A DNA stretch of 64,000 nucleotides, taken from assembly GCA_002315325.1 (NCBI GenBank), contig DCGU01000090.1, forward strand, positions 12,995 to 76,994. The letters are read 5' to 3'. A program made the position numbers and the translations under genes. The stretch comes from Clostridiales bacterium UBA1770 (GTDB lineage: Bacteria; Bacillota; Clostridia; Oscillospirales; CAG-272). Position 1 is the stretch's first letter; each line of letters opens with the position of its first letter. This document shows positions 1-10,042 of the stretch, in pieces. The notes below the pieces were generated by a model. The model had not been told where the DNA came from. It worked only from the letters and a program-made list of their open reading frames with translations, and did no database searches.

Positions 1-166
1 TGTTTACGGAGAACCCTACTCCGGCTCACATACTCGGGACAGTTCCCTTTCCGCTCGCCCTCAGAAGTCCATTCGCTTCACGTCATTTGATTGCAATCAC
101 ACCGCCTGCAACTCTCTGACAAACGACCTGTGAAGGTACTTACTCTTCCTCAACGGTTTATATGAT
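1..166 (-). promoter_or_regulatory. T-box leader (Stem I and part of the Stem II region), apparent Trp (UGG) specifier. The antiterminator and regulated gene lie beyond the left edge.
   Basis: The minus-strand RNA reads ..GAAGAGUAAGUACCUUCAC..UCAGAGAGUUGCAGGCGGUGUGA..GUGAAGCGAAUGGACUUCU.. This contains the AGUA/GAA S-turn elements, an AGAGAG bulge and a GGUGNGA distal loop. A GAA-UGG-A specifier follows, closed by GGAAG/CUUCU pairing. A consensus promoter sits just upstream. Confidence 0.6.
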
Positions 167-172
167 GTTGTA

Positions 173-201
173 ATTATAGCAAAAGATTTTTTTCTTGTCA
201 A
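173..201 (-). promoter_or_regulatory. Sigma-A type promoter for the T-box leader
   Basis: Minus strand: TTGACA (196-201), 17-nt spacer, TATAAT (173-178). Confidence 0.65.
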
Positions 202-280
202 TGGGAAAACACAAAATATTTCGCCGGCACGACTCGTACAAAATGAACGGCCTACCATGCCCGCAGCCATCCTTCATTGA

Positions 281-312
281 AAAAAAGCACCTGCATGTGC
301 AAGTGCTTTTTT
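281..312. terminator. Intrinsic terminator hairpin downstream of tRNA-Ser (A-run/T-run on both sides)
   Basis: AAAAAAGCACCTGCATGTGCAAGTGCTTTTTTT: GC stem flanked by an A-tract and a T-tract. Confidence 0.6.
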
Positions 313-401
313 TGGCGGAAGCGGTGGGATTCGAACCCACGATACATTGCTGTATACCTGATTTCGAGTCAGGGCCGTTATGACCACTTCGATACGCTTC
401 C
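313..401 (-). tRNA. tRNA-Ser (anticodon CGA), 89 nt with long variable arm, CCA encoded
   Basis: The reverse complement folds as GGAAGCG acceptor / CGCTTCC-G-CCA. The anticodon stem is CCTGA/TCAGG with loop CTCGAAA. The T-arm is GTGGG-TTCGAAT-CCCAC, and there is a long extra arm. Confidence 0.9.
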
Positions 402-434
402 CTATGTTTGCCGCTTTCTTTTCGCGACTTTGAC

Positions 435-463
435 ATTATATCATATTTTACCAATTCTTTCAA
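435..463 (-). promoter_or_regulatory. Promoter for tRNA-Ser
   Basis: Minus strand: TTGAAA (458-463), 17 nt, TATAAT (435-440). Confidence 0.6.
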
Positions 464-513
464 GAACTATTTTTGATATCCTGCGTTTTCACGTATTCGA
501 ATATAGAAAAGAA

Positions 514-544
514 TCGTCGGGCAGGATTTGCACCTGCCCGACGA
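514..544 (-). terminator. Terminator after polC
   Basis: TCGTCGGGCAGG-loop-CCTGCCCGACGA hairpin just after the polC stop, followed on the minus strand by a U-rich tract. Confidence 0.6.
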
Positions 545-557
545 GGTAAATCAAAAA

Positions 558-3500
558 TCAGAAGAAAGAAAGTTGGTTTGTTTCACTGAAATTGTCAAGA
601 ACGTGGTTGCGGCGCAGGATATCAATCACGCTCTTGGACAGTTTGGCACGAGTTTGTAAATCTTCCACCGAGAAGAATGGATCCTCCACGCGGGCTTTAA
701 TGATGTTCTCCGCTGCGTTTTCACCCAAACCCGGCAGTGCCGAGAACGGCATACGCAACGAACCGTTTTCGGGAGCGAATGCGTGCGCATCGGATTTTTC
801 GATATCAACAGGCAGGAATTTAATGCCGCGCGCAATGGCTTCGTTGACCAGCTGCAGCGTTGACACAATGGAACCGTCCTTCGCCGTCACGTCGTTTCTG
901 TCCTTTTCCTCAATGTCCTTTATTGCCTGTCTGATGGCTGCTTGCCCCCCGCGAACGATTTCGGCATCAAAACCGCCCGGCGCAGCCGTCAAAATTGCCC
1001 CGTAAAAGACGGCAGGCATATGAACCTTGTACCAGCCCAGTCGAATGGCCGACATGACGTAGGCGGCCGCATGGGCCTTGGGGAACATATACTTGATTTT
1101 CTTACAGGACGGAATATACCAGTCCGGTGCAGAACTTGCCTTGATGGCATCCTCCCATTCCGGCGTCAAGCCCTTACCTTTACGAACGCTTTCCATAATT
1201 TTAAACGCCATACTGTTTTCAACGCCGAACCGAATCAGGTCGTTCATGATGTTGTCACGGCATCCGATAACCTCGGAAATCGTACAAATATTGTTTTTAA
1301 TTAAGTCTTGTGCATTGCCTGTCCAAACGTCCGTACCGTGCGAAAGACCGGAAATCTGCAAAAGGTCGGCAAAGGAATGCGGCTTTGCGTCTTCCAACAT
1401 GCGCATGGCAAAACGTGTTCCGAACTCCGGCAACCCCATAGTGCCGAGGTTGCATCCGATATCATCCGGTGATACACCGAGCGATTTGGTGGATAAGAAC
1501 AACTCGTATACGTCCAAATCGTTCATGGGCACTTCCATAACGTTCGTATTGCTGAAGCGTTCAATCATTTTATATTTGGTCGGCACATCATGACCGAGTT
1601 CGTCCAATTTTAAAATGGTATCATGCAGATACGTAAACGCAAAGTGCGTGGTAACAATATCGGAATCGGGAGAATCGGCCGGATGCTGAATCGGTGTGAA
1701 ATCATAGACGTCAAATTCACGCGGCACAACGATAATGCCGCCGGGATGCTGCCCGGTCGTTCTTTTAACACCGACACAATCACCGACCAAACGGTCCATT
1801 TCGGCACGACAAACCGTTTTGCCGCGGTCCTCGAAATAGCGTGCCACAAAACCATACGCCGTTTTATCGGCAAGCGTACCGAGCGTACCGGCACGGAATA
1901 CGTTTTCTGCGCCGAACAATTCCTCGGTATATTTATGCACACGCCCCTGCACTTCACCTGAGAAGTTCAAGTCAATATCCGGTGATTTATCCCCTTTAAA
2001 GCCCAAGAACGTTTCAAACGGTATATTGTGACCGTCCTGTTCGTATTTCTGGCCGCAAATCGGGCAATTTTTATCGGGTAGGTCAAATCCCGAACCCACT
2101 TCACCGTTTAGGAAGAATTCCTGCTTTTTACATTTCCTGCAGAAATAATGGGGCGGCAGCGGGTTTACTTCCGAAATGCCGGCCATGGTTGCAACGAAGG
2201 AAGAACCTACGGAACCACGTGAACCGACCAAATACCCCTGGCTTTCGCTGAAGAATACCAGTTTTTGTGCGATGATATACAAAACGGCAAACCCGTTCTT
2301 GATAATGGACGTCAATTCCTTATCCAATCGTTTGGCAACCAGTTCGGGTACGGGATCACCGTACATTTCCTTGGCGTGCGTCCAGCACAAATTTTGCAGC
2401 TCTTCTTCGGCTCCTTCCAAATGCGGCGGATAGTTCCCCTTGGGGATAGGACGAATCTCTTCGATCATATCACTGATCAAATTGGTATTTGCTACAACGA
2501 CTTCATACGCCTTTTCTTCCCCCAGGTAGGAGAACTCGTCCAGCATTTCCTCCGTTGTCCGCAAATATAACGGACAAGGTTTATCGGCGTCCTTAAACTT
2601 CATACCTGCCAACAGGATGCGTCGGTTGATTTCGTCTTCTGGGTTCAAAAAATGCGCATCACAAGTGGCAACAACCGGTTTGTGATATTTTTCACCGAGT
2701 GCAACAATCCTGCGGTTCAAGTTACGCAGGCCTTCATCGTCGGCGACGCGGCCCTCGGCCACCAGAAAACGGTTGTTGGCAATCGGTTGAATTTCAAGGT
2801 AATCGTAAAAATTCACCAGTTCTTCCAACTCGCGTTCCGAGCGCCCTTCCAAAATAGCGCGGAAAACTTCACCCGCCTCACATGCGGAGCCGATGATCAA
2901 CCCCTCGCGATATTTTTCCAATTCCGTTTTGGGAATACGCGGATAGCGTTTATAATATTGTAGATAACTGCAGGAAATCAATCGATACAAATTCTTTAAG
3001 CCAACTTTGTTTTTGGCAAGCAGGATTTGGTGATAGGTCGGTAACTTCAGCGGGTCTGCATGTTCCGACATTTCCATCTTTAAATCGGCAAAGTCATGGA
3101 TTTCCGAATTGGACAATTGGTCCGTCATCGCAATAAAAATCAACGCCAGCATTTCTGCGTCATCGCAGGCTCTGTGATGATGGAAATCACCGAGATGATA
3201 ATGTTCCGCTACGGTATCCAACTTGTGATTTTTCAAATCCTTATTTATATGACGTGAAAGAGCGACGGTATCTAAGTACGGATTGGTAAACGACAAACCG
3301 TTTTCTTCTGCATAGTGACGGATAAAACCCATATCAAAATCGGCATTGTGGGCAATCATCAAATGCGGTTGTTCCCCTTCTTTATCTCCGATAAACGCAA
3401 AGAAGGCCTCCAGCGCTTCCTTGGTTTTCGGCGCATCGGCAACCATTTCATCCGTTATGGAAGTTAACTCGGTGATTTCTGCCGGAATGGGGCACTCGGG

Positions 3501-5003
3501 ATTGACGAAAGTATCAAACCTGTCTGTGACTTTACCGTCAACAATACGGACGGCACCGATTTCCGTAATACGGCATTCCAACAATGAAATACCGGTCGTT
3601 TCAATATCAAATGCAATCATTTCGTCACTGAACGTGCCGGCATATTCGCCCTTGATGGCGCCGGATTCGTCGTTAACGAAATACGCCTCCATACCGTAAA
3701 TCAGTTTGACCTTATCGTCATCCGTGTCTTTCTTTTCCTTTTCAATCATCGCTTCCGGGAACCCCTGTACGTTCCCGTGGTCCGTTAACGCAATGGACTT
3801 CATGCCCCATTTGCGTGCGGTTTTGACAACCACGTCCGGCGGAATCAGCGCGTCCATGGAAGACAGCTGCGTATGCAGATGCAGCTCGACACGTTTCTTT
3901 TCGGAGCGATCCACCCGTTCCAGTCTTTTTACAGATGCAATATCGGAAAAAAAGAAGGTGAAATCGGTGTCGACACGGTCCTTGTGCATTTCTTTTTTGG
4001 CGTATCCGCGCATGGCAACGTACATGCCGTTCTTAATGGTATTACCCAATTCGGCCGCTTCTTCTTTTGTTACACTGTATTTTTTTACACTGATAGATGC
4101 ATTCCCGTCAAAGATGCCGAAAGAAATATTCATTTTATCCCCGTTACGGGTTTCCTCTGCCAAATAGGCAAATACCTTACCGATAATGACGATATTACGT
4201 ATCGGTGCGGTAATGGAAGACGCCGATATCGGTGTTATCGGGAATTCGTTACCCATAAGGTACTGCGGTGCGGAAACGTCATACTGATAAAAACCAATGG
4301 TCAGTTTGCCGTCTCCCATGCTCATTTCCGGCAAATCGGAAAATACGGAAGCAACACGCAGCAAATTTTTCTCTTCTTCTCCGCTGTCACCGTCATGACG
4401 TCCTTCCGAACCTTCCGAGCCGCGCGCGGGCATTCTGTCAAATCGATCGGAAGCAGCCTTCATTTCACCGTATATTTGCTCTTCCATTCGCTGCTTGCGG
4501 TCCACGTATACAGATTCATCGGTTTCAAAATGCGTGATTGTCACTTTAACCTTGACGCCGAACTCGCTTTCAATGATATCTTCCATTACCTGCGGGGTAT
4601 TGGCATGGCACATCAATGCCACGCCGCCGTCGGCAATCGGGACTTCAACGTTTAACCGATCCCCGGAAAACGTAAAACGGTACCCGGCAAAGAATCCGCG
4701 TGCAACAATACCGCGATTTTCGGTTTCTTCCATCACTTCGCTGATATACGCGTCATTCAAAAAACAAACGTCATAATGCGGGAAAATATGTACGTAATTC
4801 AGCACGTACGTTTGCTTCACTTCAAACTCAATTCTATGTAATACGTTTTTCGGAACAGGTTTTGGAAAATGGGCTTCCACTTCCAAAAGCCGATTTTCTT
4901 TATTTGTTCTGACATGAATATCCGTTGCCGCATTGAGAACGGCAACGATATCCGCATCGGGATGATACTTATTTAATATGTCAAGCAGACTTTGTCCGGC
5001 CAT
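558..5003 (-). CDS. polC: DNA polymerase III alpha subunit, Gram-positive PolC type (1481 aa)
   Basis: The length fits PolC. It has an internal DnaQ-like exonuclease (AFDIETTG...HNADFDMGF), PHP motifs (HLHTQLS, LTDHGN) and a zinc module (CRKC...CPIC). Confidence 0.97.
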   Translation of the reverse strand: MAGQSLLDILNKYHPDADIVAVLNAATDIHVRTNKENRLLEVEAHFPKPVPKNVLHRIEFEVKQTYVLNYVHIFPHYDVCFLNDAYISEVMEETENRGIVARGFFAGYRFTFSGDRLNVEVPIADGGVALMCHANTPQVMEDIIESEFGVKVKVTITHFETDESVYVDRKQRMEEQIYGEMKAASDRFDRMPARGSEGSEGRHDGDSGEEEKNLLRVASVFSDLPEMSMGDGKLTIGFYQYDVSAPQYLMGNEFPITPISASSITAPIRNIVIIGKVFAYLAEETRNGDKMNISFGIFDGNASISVKKYSVTKEEAAELGNTIKNGMYVAMRGYAKKEMHKDRVDTDFTFFFSDIASVKRLERVDRSEKKRVELHLHTQLSSMDALIPPDVVVKTARKWGMKSIALTDHGNVQGFPEAMIEKEKKDTDDDKVKLIYGMEAYFVNDESGAIKGEYAGTFSDEMIAFDIETTGISLLECRITEIGAVRIVDGKVTDRFDTFVNPECPIPAEITELTSITDEMVADAPKTKEALEAFFAFIGDKEGEQPHLMIAHNADFDMGFIRHYAEENGLSFTNPYLDTVALSRHINKDLKNHKLDTVAEHYHLGDFHHHRACDDAEMLALIFIAMTDQLSNSEIHDFADLKMEMSEHADPLKLPTYHQILLAKNKVGLKNLYRLISCSYLQYYKRYPRIPKTELEKYREGLIIGSACEAGEVFRAILEGRSERELEELVNFYDYLEIQPIANNRFLVAEGRVADDEGLRNLNRRIVALGEKYHKPVVATCDAHFLNPEDEINRRILLAGMKFKDADKPCPLYLRTTEEMLDEFSYLGEEKAYEVVVANTNLISDMIEEIRPIPKGNYPPHLEGAEEELQNLCWTHAKEMYGDPVPELVAKRLDKELTSIIKNGFAVLYIIAQKLVFFSESQGYLVGSRGSVGSSFVATMAGISEVNPLPPHYFCRKCKKQEFFLNGEVGSGFDLPDKNCPICGQKYEQDGHNIPFETFLGFKGDKSPDIDLNFSGEVQGRVHKYTEELFGAENVFRAGTLGTLADKTAYGFVARYFEDRGKTVCRAEMDRLVGDCVGVKRTTGQHPGGIIVVPREFDVYDFTPIQHPADSPDSDIVTTHFAFTYLHDTILKLDELGHDVPTKYKMIERFSNTNVMEVPMNDLDVYELFLSTKSLGVSPDDIGCNLGTMGLPEFGTRFAMRMLEDAKPHSFADLLQISGLSHGTDVWTGNAQDLIKNNICTISEVIGCRDNIMNDLIRFGVENSMAFKIMESVRKGKGLTPEWEDAIKASSAPDWYIPSCKKIKYMFPKAHAAAYVMSAIRLGWYKVHMPAVFYGAILTAAPGGFDAEIVRGGQAAIRQAIKDIEEKDRNDVTAKDGSIVSTLQLVNEAIARGIKFLPVDIEKSDAHAFAPENGSLRMPFSALPGLGENAAENIIKARVEDPFFSVEDLQTRAKLSKSVIDILRRNHVLDNFSETNQLSFF

Positions 5004-5022
5004 GCGTGTCTCCTACTGTGAT

Positions 5023-6111
5023 TTACTGTACTTTATTCATACTTTTTATTTCACGGATTAATACGTTTATGATATCTTTTTCATCGATTTTTCCGCAAAT
5101 TTCGCCTTTTTTAAACAAAACGGCTTCTCCTTTGCCGCCGGCAATTCCGATATCGGCCTCCCGCGCTTCGCCCGGTCCGTTCACAACGCACCCCATCAAT
5201 GCCACTTTAATCGGTAATGAATCCAATCCGGCGGATGCGACTGCGTCCTCAAACTGCTTGACAAGCGGGATTAAATCCACTTTTGTCCTGCCGCAGGTCG
5301 GGCAGCTGACAATTTTCATACCGCATTGTCCTTCCATCTCCAATGCCTGCAAAATAGTCTTGGCTGCGGCAGCTTCGCGAAGCGGATCGGCCGTCAGCGA
5401 AACACGAATGGTGTCGCCGATGCCCTGTGCCAACAAAGCGCCGATACCTGCAGCACTCTTGACAAGACCGTTTTTTTCACTGCCTGCTTCCGTCACCCCC
5501 AAGTGGAGCGGATACGGAACCTTTTCCGCCAAAAGCTGATTGGCCAAAATCATATCGTGCACGTTAGATGCTTTCACCGAAATAATAATATCGGAAAAAT
5601 CGTTCTTTTCAAGCAGTGCAACGTGATACAATGCGCTTTCCGCCAGCGCCTGCGGAACGGGACTTCCGTATTTGGCAAGAATGTGTTTTTCAAGAGAACC
5701 GCTGTTCACACCGATGCGAATCGGTACGTTTTTTTCCTTACAAACCCGACACACTTCTTTTACGTGGTCGTCTTCCCCGATATTGCCCGGATTGATGCGT
5801 ATTTTATCGATACCGGCCTGTGCGCACCGAATGGCCAAGCGATAATCAAAATGAATATCGGCGACAAGCGGCACTGACGGACAAAGCATTTTGTACCGTT
5901 CAACAAGATTGGCCGCCTCCATATCGGGCACGGTAAACCGAACGATATCACACCCTGCCCTTTGCAGCGCGTTAATTTGCGCCGCCGTTTCTTCAACCGC
6001 GTGCGTATCGGTATTGGTCATGGACTGAATCGCAATCGGCGCATCTTTGCCGATTTTTACGGATCCGACCGTGACCTGTTTTGTTTGACGTCGAATATCA
6101 TTATATCTCAT
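5023..6111 (-). CDS. ispG: 4-hydroxy-3-methylbut-2-en-1-yl diphosphate synthase (MEP pathway)
   Basis: GcpE-like sequence (VGSVKIG..APIAIQSMTNT, RINPGNIG, CPTCGRT, VMGCVVNGPGEA). Confidence 0.93.
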   Translation of the reverse strand: MRYNDIRRQTKQVTVGSVKIGKDAPIAIQSMTNTDTHAVEETAAQINALQRAGCDIVRFTVPDMEAANLVERYKMLCPSVPLVADIHFDYRLAIRCAQAGIDKIRINPGNIGEDDHVKEVCRVCKEKNVPIRIGVNSGSLEKHILAKYGSPVPQALAESALYHVALLEKNDFSDIIISVKASNVHDMILANQLLAEKVPYPLHLGVTEAGSEKNGLVKSAAGIGALLAQGIGDTIRVSLTADPLREAAAAKTILQALEMEGQCGMKIVSCPTCGRTKVDLIPLVKQFEDAVASAGLDSLPIKVALMGCVVNGPGEAREADIGIAGGKGEAVLFKKGEICGKIDEKDIINVLIREIKSMNKVQ

Positions 6112-6124
6112 GGTTTGTCCAACC

Positions 6125-7219
6125 TCATTTTTTGATCAAGTGAATCACGTCTTTTCCTGTGATAACAATCATCAAGGCAAAAAGAATAATCAGCCCGACG
6201 TAATTAATCAGGCCCTCGATTTTACGATTCAAAGGCTTGCGAATAATCATTTCAATCAAGAGTGTTAAAATACGTCCGCCGTCGAGCGCCGGGAACGGAA
6301 TCAAATTGCAAACGCCTAAATTCACGGATATTAAAATAAACAAATACAAAACGTTCAGCCAATCGTGCGTATCAACGGCGCTGACCGCCTCCGTAACGCC
6401 GACAGGACCTGACACGGCAGATAACCCGTAACTGCCGCGCACCAAATTTACGAGGGTCTGCCAAATCAATCTTACCGTCGCCATTGCATCGCAAAACGAT
6501 TGGCGTATGACGCCGAAGAAAGTTAACGGCGTTGCATATACGATAAAGTCGGCAACGCAGGTTGTAACGCCTTCCTGCGACTCCGTTTTGAACGGTACGT
6601 TTTCGAGCGTAATTTTTTCACCGTCACGGATAACCGTCACGTCAACACCCAAAACACCGTCCGTTTCGGTCGCCGTTCCGCCAAACGTCAGCGTTCTGTT
6701 CTCTGCCTCACCGGTTTCAAACATCACGGCATACAGCAGACCTGTTCCGGTAAAAACTCTTTTTCCATCAACTTTAATAATCTTATCGCCCTGTTCCAGG
6801 CTGCCGTCGGCGCAGCTGACGGCACCGTCCGAAAAGCCGGCAATTGTTGATGACGTCAAATAACCCGTTCCCAGGATAAGAATAATCATGGCAAGAAACC
6901 CAACCAGCACGTTGGTAAACGGACCGGCCAAAACCACCAGCAACCGCTGCCAAACCGGCTTTTTGTTAAAAGCATTCGGTGCTTGTGACTCTTCGTCCTC
7001 ACCTTCCATACTGACGTATCCGCCGATAGGAAGCAAGCGAAGGCTGTAACGAATTCCGCTTTTTTTACTGACTTTGGACAACAGTTTCGGTCCCATACCG
7101 ATAGCGAATTCCTGAACGCCCACGTGAAAAAGACGGGCAAACAGGAAATGGCCCAACTCATGTACAAATATCAAACTCCCGAAAATCACAAGCGTAATCA
7201 GTACAGCACGGATAGTCAT
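6125..7219 (-). CDS. rseP: RIP metalloprotease RseP/YluC (site-2 protease, M50)
   Basis: HELGH zinc motif in the first TM helix, PDZ-like middle region, C-terminal NLIPFPALDGG motif. It sits in the conserved position between dxr and ispG. Confidence 0.9.
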   Translation of the reverse strand: MTIRAVLITLVIFGSLIFVHELGHFLFARLFHVGVQEFAIGMGPKLLSKVSKKSGIRYSLRLLPIGGYVSMEGEDEESQAPNAFNKKPVWQRLLVVLAGPFTNVLVGFLAMIILILGTGYLTSSTIAGFSDGAVSCADGSLEQGDKIIKVDGKRVFTGTGLLYAVMFETGEAENRTLTFGGTATETDGVLGVDVTVIRDGEKITLENVPFKTESQEGVTTCVADFIVYATPLTFFGVIRQSFCDAMATVRLIWQTLVNLVRGSYGLSAVSGPVGVTEAVSAVDTHDWLNVLYLFILISVNLGVCNLIPFPALDGGRILTLLIEMIIRKPLNRKIEGLINYVGLIILFALMIVITGKDVIHLIKK

Positions 7220-7222
7220 AGT

Positions 7223-8422
7223 TTACCGAGATTCTCCTTTAATCATAGATTCTGCCAAACGGCGAGCCTCCAAATCCCAAGACAAAATGGTGTCCAAATC
7301 ATCAGCCAGAGCGACGTCGGACGGTACGGCCTGTGCCGCATTCATCACAACGTCCATAAGCCGACGAAAACCGATTTTTTCCTTTAAAAATGCGTCCACT
7401 GCCACCTCATTGGCAGCATTGAGAACGGCAGGATAGGCACCGCCCCTGCCCATAGCCCATTTGGCACACTGTAATAACGGAAATGCCTCGTTATCGGGTT
7501 CTGTGAACGTTAACTTACCGATTTGAGCCAAATCAAGGCGTTGTGTCACCGAGGATACACGATACGGGTCCGTCATGGCATACTGCACACACTCCCGCAT
7601 ATCCGGGACAGACAACTGTGCCATAACAACGTTATCCGTAAATTCAACCATAGAATGCACGATGCTTTCGCGGTGAACCAATACGCGTATTTGTTCTGCC
7701 GGCACGTGAAAAAGATAGGATGCCTCTATCACTTCAAACCCCTTGTTCATCATAGAGGCACTGTCAACCGTAATCTTTGCCCCCATTTTCCAAGTGGGAT
7801 GACGCAGTGCGTCGGCAGCCGTTACGTTTTCCAACTCACACGCTTTTTTTCCGTAAAAAGGTCCGCCGGATGCTGTCAGCAAAATGGATTGGACTTCATT
7901 TCTGTTTCCTGCGCGTAAACATTGATAAATGGCGGAATGTTCACTGTCAACGGGTACTATTTCGGCTCCGTTTTCGGCAGCACAGGCCATAACCTGTTTA
8001 CCGGCAACCACCAATGATTCTTTGTTGGCTAAAGCCAAACGATACTTCAACTGCAGGGACGTCAACGTCGGTTCCAAACCGGCGCGACCCATAATCGCAT
8101 TTTGGACAACCTGCCTATCCTGCTTTTTGACGTCAGCCAACATTTGGCAAATGCCGTCCGCACCGCTGTATACGCGAATTGAGGTATCGGCAAGACGTTG
8201 TTTTAAATCAGCTGCCGCAGCGGCGTCTGCCATCGCACAGGCTGTAACCGATAGAGTTCTGGCCTGTTCTTCGATTCTTTTCACGTCTTTATTGGCAGAC
8301 AACGCCGTGACGCGAATCCCGTGCTTTACGGCAACGTCAACCGCTTGTTCCCCGACAGAACCCGTTGACCCCAACACTATCATTTCGGGGAATTTATACG
8401 TATTTTCAACAAAATCACTCAT
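7223..8422 (-). CDS. dxr: 1-deoxy-D-xylulose 5-phosphate reductoisomerase
   Basis: LGSTGSVG NADPH motif, DSEHSAI, NKGFEVIEA. Conserved uppS-cdsA-dxr-rseP context. Confidence 0.95.
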   Translation of the reverse strand: MSDFVENTYKFPEMIVLGSTGSVGEQAVDVAVKHGIRVTALSANKDVKRIEEQARTLSVTACAMADAAAAADLKQRLADTSIRVYSGADGICQMLADVKKQDRQVVQNAIMGRAGLEPTLTSLQLKYRLALANKESLVVAGKQVMACAAENGAEIVPVDSEHSAIYQCLRAGNRNEVQSILLTASGGPFYGKKACELENVTAADALRHPTWKMGAKITVDSASMMNKGFEVIEASYLFHVPAEQIRVLVHRESIVHSMVEFTDNVVMAQLSVPDMRECVQYAMTDPYRVSSVTQRLDLAQIGKLTFTEPDNEAFPLLQCAKWAMGRGGAYPAVLNAANEVAVDAFLKEKIGFRRLMDVVMNAAQAVPSDVALADDLDTILSWDLEARRLAESMIKGESR

Positions 8423-8440
8423 ACTTTTACAATTTTCTAC

Positions 8441-9256
8441 TTATTTGAAAAATGAAATCAAATTGCAGGCAATATTCAATACGATGGCCGTTGCAATAAC
8501 AGAGTCAAATCTGTCAAGAATCCCACCGTGTCCGGGCAACAATTTGCCGTAATCCTTCACACCGTAGCGTCTTTTTACCATTGATAAAATCAAATCGCCG
8601 ATTTGAGACACGACGGACAATACCAATCCGATTGCGAGAAAGGAAAAATACCGAGGTGAAGTATCGGTACATGCGGCAACAATCACGCCGAATACCAAGG
8701 TCAACCCGCCGCAAAAGAATATACCGCCCAGTGCACCTTCCACCGTTTTTTTAGGGCTGACGGTCGGACATAATTTATGCTTTCCGAAAAAATAACCTGT
8801 AAAATAGGCAAACGTATCGGTGACCCACGCACTGACAAAAGGCAGCAGAAACAACCACGCACCGTCATCAACGTGAAGCTTCCTTATAGATACAATTGAT
8901 AAAAAGCCGAGCGTTACGTAAATGGAAAACAAGATAAAAACCGATACGTCACCGATCTCTGCTTTTTCCCCGCCTATCACGGCAACTGCAAACAAGAAAA
9001 GCGTCACACAGGCAAGAATTGGATACGCATCCGCATTTTTTCCATAAAATGAAAGAACAATGACTGCCGGTGAAGCAATAGCCATCGGCAATAAATATTG
9101 GAGTTGTTTTCTGAAACCGCAACAGCCGCTGAGTTCCCAAATACCCAAAAATGAAATCGCCGCAAAAATCCAGGCCAAGACGTTGGCCGGCGCCAAAAAA
9201 AGCAACGGTACAAAAATAGCTGCAGCAATCACGCCGGTAATAATTCTTGTTTTCAT
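8441..9256 (-). CDS. cdsA: Phosphatidate cytidylyltransferase
   Basis: Polytopic membrane protein with the CdsA signature (SxxKRxxGVKDxGxLLPGHGGILDRFDS). Confidence 0.92.
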   Translation of the reverse strand: MKTRIITGVIAAAIFVPLLFLAPANVLAWIFAAISFLGIWELSGCCGFRKQLQYLLPMAIASPAVIVLSFYGKNADAYPILACVTLFLFAVAVIGGEKAEIGDVSVFILFSIYVTLGFLSIVSIRKLHVDDGAWLFLLPFVSAWVTDTFAYFTGYFFGKHKLCPTVSPKKTVEGALGGIFFCGGLTLVFGVIVAACTDTSPRYFSFLAIGLVLSVVSQIGDLILSMVKRRYGVKDYGKLLPGHGGILDRFDSVIATAIVLNIACNLISFFK

Positions 9257-9268
9257 ATCTTCATTTCC

Positions 9269-9994
9269 TCACACTGCTCCAAATCTGCGGTGCCTTTGAT
9301 TGAAACATTTGATGGCTTCATCTACGTCTTCGTTTGTCAAATCCGGCCACAGGACGTCAGTAAAATAGAGCTCCGCATATGCAGCCTGCCATAATAAAAA
9401 GTTAGACAAACGCTGCTCTCCGCCGGTACGTACAATCAAATCCGGGTCCGGGCTTCCCGCCGTGTACATAGCAGCAGACAAATCCGCCGCCGTTGGGTCT
9501 TTCACGCCTTCATTCATCAATTTTTTACAGGCGTGAACAATTTCATCACGCCCCCCGTAGTTTAACGCCAGGTTAAGAACGTGCGAACGTCCGGCCGATT
9601 TTTCCGCCACACGGTGCATTTTTTCTTTCAGCGTTTCGGACAGCGGTGCTTCGTCACCGATAAAACGGATGGATAAATCGTTCTTTTCCAAATCACGCAG
9701 AAACAGTTCCAAATATTCTTCCAACAAGTGCATGAGCTCGTTCACTTCATTTTGCGGTCTTTTCCAGTTCTCCGTTGAAAAAGCATAAACCGTAACGAAA
9801 GAAATACCGATATCGGCACAATGCGATACGATCTTCCGGAAAACCTCCGCGCCCCGTTTGTGCCCATACTCACGCGGCATCCCTCGTTTTTGCGCCCATC
9901 TCCCGTTGCCGTCCATAATAAACGCAACGTGACGCGGCACGTTCAATTCAGTTTGTTCCTGCCCATTGGCACCGGCATCGGTTCGTTTGCCCAT
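9269..9994 (-). CDS. uppS: Undecaprenyl diphosphate synthase (start moved to MGKRTD...)
   Basis: HVAFIMDGNGRWA, TVYAFSTENWKRP and RTGGEQRLSNFLLWQ motifs. GGAGGGG SD before the ATG at 9994. The longer ORF start lies inside the frr terminator hairpin. Confidence 0.9.
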   Translation of the reverse strand: MGKRTDAGANGQEQTELNVPRHVAFIMDGNGRWAQKRGMPREYGHKRGAEVFRKIVSHCADIGISFVTVYAFSTENWKRPQNEVNELMHLLEEYLELFLRDLEKNDLSIRFIGDEAPLSETLKEKMHRVAEKSAGRSHVLNLALNYGGRDEIVHACKKLMNEGVKDPTAADLSAAMYTAGSPDPDLIVRTGGEQRLSNFLLWQAAYAELYFTDVLWPDLTNEDVDEAIKCFNQRHRRFGAV

Positions 9995-10014
9995 GTCCCC
10001 TCCAAATAATAATG

Positions 10015-10041
10015 AAATGGCGGGTATTTCACCCGCCATTT
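10015..10041 (-). terminator. Hairpin (terminator/attenuator) between frr and uppS
   Basis: AAATGGCGGG-loop-CCCGCCATTT immediately after the frr stop, followed on the minus strand by AUUAUUAUUU. Confidence 0.5.
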
Positions 10042-10042
10042 T

